Assembly (NCBI GenBank): GCA_964504725.1
Contig: CAZDFI010000013.1
Coordinates: 1,192-35,652 of the forward strand
Source of the DNA: an uncultured Enterobacteriaceae bacterium
Lineage (GTDB): Bacteria; Pseudomonadota; Gammaproteobacteria; Eutrophobiales; Eutrophobiaceae
Direction: 5' to 3'
DNA length: 34,461 nucleotides
The position numbers were made by a program, and so were the translations under genes. Position 1 is the stretch's first letter, and each line of letters begins with the position of its first letter. Shown here piece after piece: positions 28,518 through 34,461 of the stretch. A model generated the notes under the pieces. That model was not told where the DNA came from, did no database searches, and saw only the letters and a program-made list of their open reading frames with translations.

Positions 28518-28979
28518 ATGGACAATATCAGACGAGGTTTTCTAACAATGAAATCAAATAATAAATTATTGGTACTCACACAATTAATCACACTATTCTT
28601 TTTATCAGGTGGCAATGCATGGGCCGTTGATGCACCGATGATCTGTGCCGTTACCCAGGCTGTCGCATGCCAGAAGGGCGGAGAGTGTCAATCAGGCAGT
28701 GCAACTGCTTCCAAGATGCCAGTGCTGTTAAAGATCAACCCTGGAAAGAATGAAATAGTAAGCAAGAAAGAAAATGGTGAGAAAAAAATATCGACTATCA
28801 AACAGACAACCAATGACAAAGATAACCGTTTCGTCATATATCAGGGTGTTGAACAGGGTGGTGCCTGGAGTACGGTGATAGACAAGACGACGGGCAGTAT
28901 GACGATCTCCGTCGCTGCCGGGGAAAATGATGCCTTTATTATTTACGGTACCTGTTCCGCTTCCCTGCTGAAACCTTAA
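28518..28979 (+). CDS. Hypothetical small exported protein (Cys-framed)
   Basis: Signal peptide ...FFLSGGNAWA/VD. An alternative start lies at 28548 (MKSNNK; GAGG 10 nt upstream). The long form carries an RRGFLT twin-arginine-like motif. Mature part: first Cys in PMIC, last Cys in YGTCS. Confidence 0.6.
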   Translation: MDNIRRGFLTMKSNNKLLVLTQLITLFFLSGGNAWAVDAPMICAVTQAVACQKGGECQSGSATASKMPVLLKINPGKNEIVSKKENGEKKISTIKQTTNDKDNRFVIYQGVEQGGAWSTVIDKTTGSMTISVAAGENDAFIIYGTCSASLLKP

Positions 28980-29010
28980 GCAGTCCGTCACTGAATCAGA
29001 GGTTAATAAG

Positions 29011-29355
29011 ATGAAAACGATAAAAATATTTTATGTGTTTACGGTACTGCTGTTCACAAGTAATGCTGTAGTTGCAGACTGTGACCCAAATGTAGTAGGT
29101 GGTGCTGCCAGAGGGGCGGCTGGTGGGGCAATGATTGGCGCAATCGCCGGTAACGCCGGAAAGGGTGCTGCGATAGGGGCTCTGGGTGGCGCAGTTATAA
29201 GTAGTTCTTCATGCCGGAGCTCTGATGGAAGCAGAACTGCAGGTCAGGATATGGCCAGAGGTGCTGCCACCGGGGCGGTAATTGGTGCAATCTCTGGTAA
29301 TGCAGGAAGGGGTGCTGCTGTTGGTGCATTGCTGGGTGGTCTCCGTAGGAGGTAG
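29011..29355 (+). CDS. Glycine-zipper (YMGG/Gly-zipper_Omp-like) exported protein with an internal duplication
   Basis: Signal peptide ...SNAVVA/DC. Two repeats are present: ARGAAGGAMIGAIAGNAGKGAAIGALGGAV and ARGAATGAVIGAISGNAGRGAAVGALLGGL. Confidence 0.75.
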   Translation: MKTIKIFYVFTVLLFTSNAVVADCDPNVVGGAARGAAGGAMIGAIAGNAGKGAAIGALGGAVISSSSCRSSDGSRTAGQDMARGAATGAVIGAISGNAGRGAAVGALLGGLRRR

Positions 29356-29571
29356 CTCAAGATGTGTTACGTTAGTACGATGTGTTACATTGGGCTGGTA
29401 TCCTAGATCATGGATCGAGACCAGATTTTTACAGGCCTTTATTGGTTGAATCTGCGAGTACTGTAGCCGACTACGTACGTACATTCGTAGTTAACCGTAT
29501 ATGTATTTAGTGATCATTAACGCATACTACATGCCGTTATTAATTAACTTTTTATATGTAAGGTGATGAAA

Positions 29572-30042
29572 ATGAAAATATCAAAAATATATTCAGTAAT
29601 TTGTTCAGTATTATTCATGTGGGTTTTCACTATATCTCCAGTTCTTGCAGGTGCACCAGGCACTGATAAAGAAGCTCCACCTCGTGTATTTGCAGGCACA
29701 ATAGAAATTAGCTCTACCCAGATAGCTTTTATTGCTAGTGCACAATCTGGCACTGGGACACTTGAATTTGAAGGTATGGAACATGAGTTCAGCATTGGTG
29801 GATTGGGTGTTGGTGGTATTGGCATCATGACAATCAATGCTGTTGGCGTAGTCTATAATCTCGATAAATTATCAGATTTTGAAGGCATATATACGCAAGG
29901 TCGTATGGGGTTAGCTATTGGTAAAGGCAAAAGTTCCATAGGACTCAACAACTCGAAGGGCGTCTACATCGAATTGAAATCCAGTAATAAAGGTGTTGCG
30001 CTTGCGGCGGGCGTTGATGGTATGACAATTAAACTCAAGTAG
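29572..30042 (+). CDS. Hypothetical exported Gly-rich beta protein (possibly DUF1134/EipA-like; tentative)
   Basis: Signal peptide ...ISPVLA/GA, then ...GTGTLEFEG..HEFSIGGLGVGGIG......GVVYNL..LSDFEGIYTQGRMGLAIG. AAGG lies 8 nt before the ATG at 29572; the track starts at the GTG at 29563. The family guess is from memory only. Confidence 0.6.
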   Translation: MKISKIYSVICSVLFMWVFTISPVLAGAPGTDKEAPPRVFAGTIEISSTQIAFIASAQSGTGTLEFEGMEHEFSIGGLGVGGIGIMTINAVGVVYNLDKLSDFEGIYTQGRMGLAIGKGKSSIGLNNSKGVYIELKSSNKGVALAAGVDGMTIKLK

Positions 30043-30065
30043 TAGTTACAGTAGGTTATTGCGAT

Positions 30066-30094
30066 AAAAAAGGGCTCGGTTGAGCCCTTTTTTT
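30066..30094 (+). terminator. Rho-independent terminator
   Basis: AAAAAAGGGCTC-ggtt-GAGCCCTTTTTTT, 24 nt after the stop at 30042. Confidence 0.88.
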
Positions 30095-30228
30095 ATGGGA
30101 GTATAATCAGCGATGGGGATATTTCTTTATCATCGAATTCCATCGTGTCGTCCGCTTGAGCAGAGCTTAAATTAAGATATGTATGGTTGATCATTTATCT
30201 GCAAATACCTTGAAGAATGGACTAAGAA

Positions 30229-31155
30229 ATGAGGTCACAGTATAAATATTCATGTTGGTGTTTACTTTGCCTGTTCAGTGTCGGATTAAATACCCCGTGT
30301 TTTGCTCTGGAATTTGAACCTCGTAGATGGGCTCATTTGCCTATGGGAACCAATTTTGCCGGTGTTGGCTATGCTTATACAGAGGCAGATATCCTGGTGA
30401 ACCCTGCCACCAGGCTGGAAAATGTGGAAATGAAGTTACATACCGTGGCTGGCAAATATATTCGTACGTTTGAGTTGTTTGATAAGTCAGCACGAATTGA
30501 TATTGGTCAGGGCTACCAGAAAGGGGATTGGACGGGGTTGGTGGATGGTGTACCAGCCTCAGCCTCAAGAAGTGGTTGGGCAGACACAATGGCACGATTT
30601 GCGATCAATCTGTACGGTGCCCCACCTTTAAGTGGCAAGGAGTATGGCGCTTATCGTGCTAAGGTGAACGTTGAAACCATCGTGGGCATGGCACTGGTGA
30701 TGCGCTTCCCTACGGGTGATTACATGGATGATAAACTGATTAATCTGGGTAAGAATCGGTTTACTTTCCGACCTCAACTTGGCGCCACTCATACTCGAGG
30801 AAAATGGACAGCAGAATTGACCATTGATGCAGCATTCTTCACAGAAAATGATGAGTTCTTTAATGGTAATACACTGGAACAGGATCCATTATTCGTTATT
30901 CGTGGAAACCTCATACACACATTCCGACCAGGGTTTTGGGTCGGTGCAGGCTTTGGTTATGACTATGGTGGGGAAAACAGTGTTAATGGAATAGACAGTG
31001 ACAACAGGATGCAGGATATTGGCTGGGCACTCAGTCTTGCTTATCCAATAAACCGTCGTTCGGGGATCAGTTTCAAGTACATAGGAACTCGCACACAGGA
31101 ATCAACCGGCCTTGATTCTGATACATTGTCAGTAGGTTTATCCATTTTATGGTGA
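30229..31155 (+). CDS. Outer-membrane beta-barrel protein, MetA-pathway/'transporter' (PF13557)-like
   Basis: Signal peptide ...NTPCFA/LE, then FEPRRWAHLPMGTNFAGVGY..., an amphipathic strand pattern and C-terminal ...LSVGLSILW. Confidence 0.65.
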   Translation: MRSQYKYSCWCLLCLFSVGLNTPCFALEFEPRRWAHLPMGTNFAGVGYAYTEADILVNPATRLENVEMKLHTVAGKYIRTFELFDKSARIDIGQGYQKGDWTGLVDGVPASASRSGWADTMARFAINLYGAPPLSGKEYGAYRAKVNVETIVGMALVMRFPTGDYMDDKLINLGKNRFTFRPQLGATHTRGKWTAELTIDAAFFTENDEFFNGNTLEQDPLFVIRGNLIHTFRPGFWVGAGFGYDYGGENSVNGIDSDNRMQDIGWALSLAYPINRRSGISFKYIGTRTQESTGLDSDTLSVGLSILW

Positions 31156-31258
31156 ACGCAAAGGACCTTTTCTAAGGTAAGTCTTTCGTTATTAACTAGA
31201 GGTCATTTTTTGTATCGTCTTCGTATTTGGAATACTATAAATCGCGGGTTATTAGAAA

Positions 31259-32668
31259 ATGAAAGGGGCTGGTGAAAAAATGAGTCGTACTTTTAGTTTA
31301 TTTATTGTCTTCATATCTCTATCGTTCGGCGGTTGTACTGCCCACTATCCAGTTAACGAACCTATAACATCAATTGATAGAGAAAAGGGTTATCGACTTG
31401 GAGCAAAGGAACGTGATGTAAATAAATCAGAGTCTTTGACAGTAATCATGGCTTTTTCCGGAGGAGGCACCCGGGCTGCGGCCTATTCTTATGGTGTTCT
31501 TGAGGCATTACGAGATATTGAAATAAACTGGGAAGGTCAACAAAGAAGATTGCTTGATGAAATTGATAGTATTTCTTCAGTGTCTGGAGGCAGCTTTACG
31601 GCAGCATACTATGGTTTATTTGGTGAGCGCATCTTTGAAGATTTTGAAGAAAAATTTCTTAAGGTAGATGTGCAGGGTCATTTGACGGGTAGTTTTTTAA
31701 ACCCCTTTACCTGGTTTTCGACGGGATCTACATATTATGGGCGTAGTGATTATGCGGCGGAGTATTATGATAAGATCCTGTTTGAAGGCAAGACCTTCGG
31801 AGATATGTTAAAACGGACAGATACCCCGGTTATACAAATTAATGCCACTGAGGTATCGAGCAGCACTCAGTTTACCTTTCTGCAGGAAATTTTTGATTTA
31901 TTATGTTCTGATTTGTCAGCTTTCCCTGTGTCACGAGCGGTGGCTGCATCATCTGCAGTGCCTGTAGTATTTAGTTCGATTACCATTAATAATCGTGCGG
32001 GCACATGTGGTTATGAAATAAGACAACACGCTCTCGCCGCGCTTAATGATCCTGAACCCTTTTCCAGACGTCGACATCTTATTGAGAAATACGTTAAATA
32101 TCTTGATAGTGAGACCAATCCTTACCTTCATCTTTATGATGGTGGCCTGACAGATAATCTGGGGATTCGCCCCGGACTGAATCGTTTGGCAATATATGAT
32201 GATAACTGGGCATTCGTTAAAGCGAACGGGGCAGGTGATACGAAACGCCTCGTATTTATCGTTGTCAATGCTCAATCTGAATCAAAAACACTGTATAGTA
32301 GTTCGGCAAGCCCTGTACCATTAATGGATGCTATATTAGGTGCAACTTCGATCCCATTGAATGAATATACATTTGAGTCCCTGGTTACATTGCATGTCGT
32401 GATAGAAGACTTTGCAGATGACATCATTAAAGGCCGTTGTGCTGACAAGGAATTTATTCAAGGTAAATCATATGATTGTGCAGATTTCAAGACCTACCTC
32501 GTCTATGTTGATCTTGACCAGGTAACAGATAAGGAACAAAGGAACCGCCTAAAGGCACTACCAACGTCTTTTGTACTGCAGCCAGAAGAAGTCGATGAAT
32601 TGCGTGGGGCGGCCAGGGCAGTATTGACAAATAATAAAAATCTTAAGAAATTTATAGATGAGTTGTAA
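31259..32668 (+). CDS. Patatin/cPLA2-like phospholipase, probable lipoprotein
   Basis: Oxyanion motif AFSGGGTRAAAYSYGVL, nucleophile elbow SSVSGGSF and catalytic Asp in YDGGLTDNLG. The N-terminus MSRTFSLFIVFISLSFGGC is lipobox-like, with a likely start at 31280. Confidence 0.85.
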   Translation: MKGAGEKMSRTFSLFIVFISLSFGGCTAHYPVNEPITSIDREKGYRLGAKERDVNKSESLTVIMAFSGGGTRAAAYSYGVLEALRDIEINWEGQQRRLLDEIDSISSVSGGSFTAAYYGLFGERIFEDFEEKFLKVDVQGHLTGSFLNPFTWFSTGSTYYGRSDYAAEYYDKILFEGKTFGDMLKRTDTPVIQINATEVSSSTQFTFLQEIFDLLCSDLSAFPVSRAVAASSAVPVVFSSITINNRAGTCGYEIRQHALAALNDPEPFSRRRHLIEKYVKYLDSETNPYLHLYDGGLTDNLGIRPGLNRLAIYDDNWAFVKANGAGDTKRLVFIVVNAQSESKTLYSSSASPVPLMDAILGATSIPLNEYTFESLVTLHVVIEDFADDIIKGRCADKEFIQGKSYDCADFKTYLVYVDLDQVTDKEQRNRLKALPTSFVLQPEEVDELRGAARAVLTNNKNLKKFIDEL

Positions 32669-32750
32669 TTATTTATATATTTTATACATTGAAACATAAT
32701 TTTTTAAGCTATATATTCATAAATATAGAAAAACAAAAGGTGGTTTAGCC

Positions 32751-33320
32751 ATGGTTAATATCTCTACGCGGTTAATGATACTTATCCCAATAAGTTTTAT
32801 GTTATTTAATCCAGTCTATGCCGAGACTACATTACTTGATGTCAAGGTGAAGCATGACAAGAAATTTGACTTCAGTCAGCTTAATAATAATTACCAGTGG
32901 ATAAAGCGAAAGGACTCTTCCAGGGATTATTATGCCTCTATCGATCCAGATATTAATGAATATTTTTTATCAGTTGTTAACAAGAAACTGGCGGAGAAAG
33001 GCTTTCAAAAGGTTTATGATGATAGCGCCAGTTTTGGTATAGATTATGAAGTTATTATCAAGTCGAGTGGGGCCCAGAAATCACTGGAGGATTTTTCTGC
33101 TCAGGTAAGAAAAAACAGACTTAGTCAAACTCACATTGCAAGCCTTCCCAATATCAAAAATATGAAAGTGGGCACAATCATATTAAACATTATGAACATG
33201 AAAACGGGTTACCTGGTTTGGATAGGCTATGCAGAGGCTGTGGTCGTCGAAAAGAAAAACAGGGAAGAATTGATTGATCAAGCAATTTCAAAAATGATCG
33301 CTGAATTTCCGCCTAATTAA
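32751..33320 (+). CDS. Hypothetical exported protein, DUF4136-like
   Basis: Signal peptide ...FNPVYA/ET. The pattern ...Y.W........I...V...L.EKGF.........DY.V......GTIILNIMNMKTGYLVWIGYAE......E...I..AISKMIAEFP resembles the DUF4136 lipoprotein family. This is from memory. Confidence 0.55.
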   Translation: MVNISTRLMILIPISFMLFNPVYAETTLLDVKVKHDKKFDFSQLNNNYQWIKRKDSSRDYYASIDPDINEYFLSVVNKKLAEKGFQKVYDDSASFGIDYEVIIKSSGAQKSLEDFSAQVRKNRLSQTHIASLPNIKNMKVGTIILNIMNMKTGYLVWIGYAEAVVVEKKNREELIDQAISKMIAEFPPN

Positions 33321-33356
33321 TATTCAAACATATATTCTATAACGGATAGAAGTAAT

Positions 33357-33668
33357 ATGGTCGCGTTAAGAAATTTATTTATTTTTACACTTTTCATGTT
33401 GCCAATGATGCTTTTTGCACAGCCAAATTAGAATATTCTCGATATGTCAAAGGAAGAGATTATTGCGGAAAGGAAACGACAGGTTGATGAAAAGATGAAC
33501 CTGACACCAAAGGAAGAGGAGCGAATTCAATTAAAACGATCATTCATTGAAAAATTTGAAGGCACTTTATCCGATCATAAGATAGCCACATATATACAGA
33601 TAGAAAATAAATTTTGGGTCACAATTTTGTATCATCTTGCGGTCGATGTTCCTTTGATTAGTCGTTAA
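33357..33668 (+). pseudogene. Exported-protein gene interrupted by one in-frame TAG between the signal peptide and mature domain
   Basis: ATG 33357 encodes MVALRNLFIFTLFMLPMMLFAQPN, then TAG (33429-33431). The same frame continues NILDMSKEEIIAERKRQ...YIQIENKFWVTILYHLAVDVPLISR (track ORF 33444-33668). Confidence 0.5.
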
Positions 33669-34193
33669 TCGCCAGGATCAATTTTTTTCTGCCGATTTGT
33701 GCTCTCGTATCAAAAGCACGTATGCTTGATTGCGCTTCTTCAACAGGGAATATTAGGCGAGACTAGATAGCTGTAGACTGGAACCACCGCCATACAGTTT
33801 ATATATTTCTGAGGACTCATATAGACTTGTCAGTACTTGTCCGATCATTACTTATGCCTGAACGTCTGTATATGGACTCCTCCTCAGATGCAAGCACTCC
33901 GTTTTGATGATGAGTGGGTACGACTGCTCACGTATATCCGGCCTCAAATAAAGCATCATTGTTTTGATGCAGGGCCATAATGGGCTATTCGCGCGTTGAC
34001 TCCCAATTGCTTTCTCGTGCTTTGTGCACTCGGACATTCACGGGTTTTGCCAACGCCGGTTCGGCCGTTCCTGCGCTCCATGCGCTTACGGCATTAGTGC
34101 ATCCCTGCACGTCACCTGTTCACCATCATTCGGCTTACTTTGCAATCGTGGTTGAAGTACTCCTCTTGGTTGTTTCTATATCGACTTAGCTTA

Positions 34194-34461
34194 TCAAGCT
34201 GCCATCAGTTCCGGATTATAATCTGTGTCATGACGTAACATCGCCCAGGCAATACGTGCCGTCTTATTGGCTAATGCCACCGCCGCAACATTAGGGTGTC
34301 GACGTGTTGCAATACTAATCACCCATTGACTCAGGCGATCTTCTTTTCCTCTGGCGGCATAAATGGCAGAGCGTGCACCATGGATCAATAAACTACGAAG
34401 ATAAGAATCACCCCGTTTACTAATACCAGGCAAACGCTCTTTACCACCTGAACTATGTTGC
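34194..34461 (-). mobile_element. IS110-family transposase/recombinase gene, C-terminal 88 codons (continues beyond the right edge)
   Basis: My reading past the track ORF gives ...QHSSGGKERLPGISKRGDSYLRSLLIHGARSAIY...NKTARIAWAMLRHDTDY, the conserved Transposase_20 C-terminal block of IS110-family enzymes. Confidence 0.85.

Noticed and set aside
28527-28544. Twin-arginine motif RRGFLT in the long form of the 28518 protein
   Set aside because: The RR motif is separated from the hydrophobic core by a polar stretch (MKSNNK) that contains a plausible alternative start with its own Shine-Dalgarno. Tat targeting cannot be supported from sequence alone.
30590-30604. TGGCACGATTTGCGA, a sigma-54-like sequence
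   Set aside because: The GG-GC spacing is 2 nt too short and it lies inside the OM barrel CDS. A similar hit at 24237 is also mis-spaced and intragenic.
34063-34092. Hairpin resembling a group II intron domain V
   Set aside because: There is no catalytic AGC/CGC triad in the expected position, no GNRA-type loop, no 2-nt 3' bulge, and no GUGYG 5' end or reverse-transcriptase ORF nearby.
33852-34189. Two overlapping 61-69-aa ORFs downstream of the IS110 recombinase gene
   Set aside because: They have no Shine-Dalgarno, an odd composition and mutually antisense positions within a hairpin-dense region. Non-coding IS end or REP-like DNA explains the region better.

Overview
This is a chromosomal segment of a moderately AT-rich Gram-negative bacterium, probably a gammaproteobacterium judged by gene content and synteny; no species call is possible. 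All identifications come from reading the supplied translations and the DNA by eye, with no database search. Positions 1-23000 are mostly housekeeping: a GTP-type PEPCK N-terminus, a DUF255 thioredoxin-like protein, lgt-thyA-folA, apaG-apaH, comM, ubiK, aroE and TRAP dctQM. Two modules interrupt this backbone. One is a metal/glutathione cluster: Atm1-type ABC exporter, CopG/DUF411, MAPEG, then a His-rich DUF2946-like protein and a His-rich outer-membrane barrel. The other is a nitrogen module: an NtrC-type enhancer and sigma-54 promoter, a TorF-type porin, and two tandem diverged glnK-amtB pairs. Positions 23400-34461 look accessory. They hold a large Cache/HAMP/GAF/HD-GYP sensor, then an islet of exclusively exported proteins lying between an IS5-family transposase remnant and a partial IS110-family element. 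The islet encodes a PLD lipoprotein, three small secreted proteins, an outer-membrane barrel, a patatin/cPLA2-like lipase and a DUF4136-like protein. This islet is my best candidate for an undescribed system (envelope lipid remodelling or acquisition), but that function is inference only. Several small palindromic or MITE-like repeats and a hairpin family with variable stems and TCC-type loops are scattered through the intergenic regions. No tRNA, rRNA, CRISPR array or prophage genes were seen.
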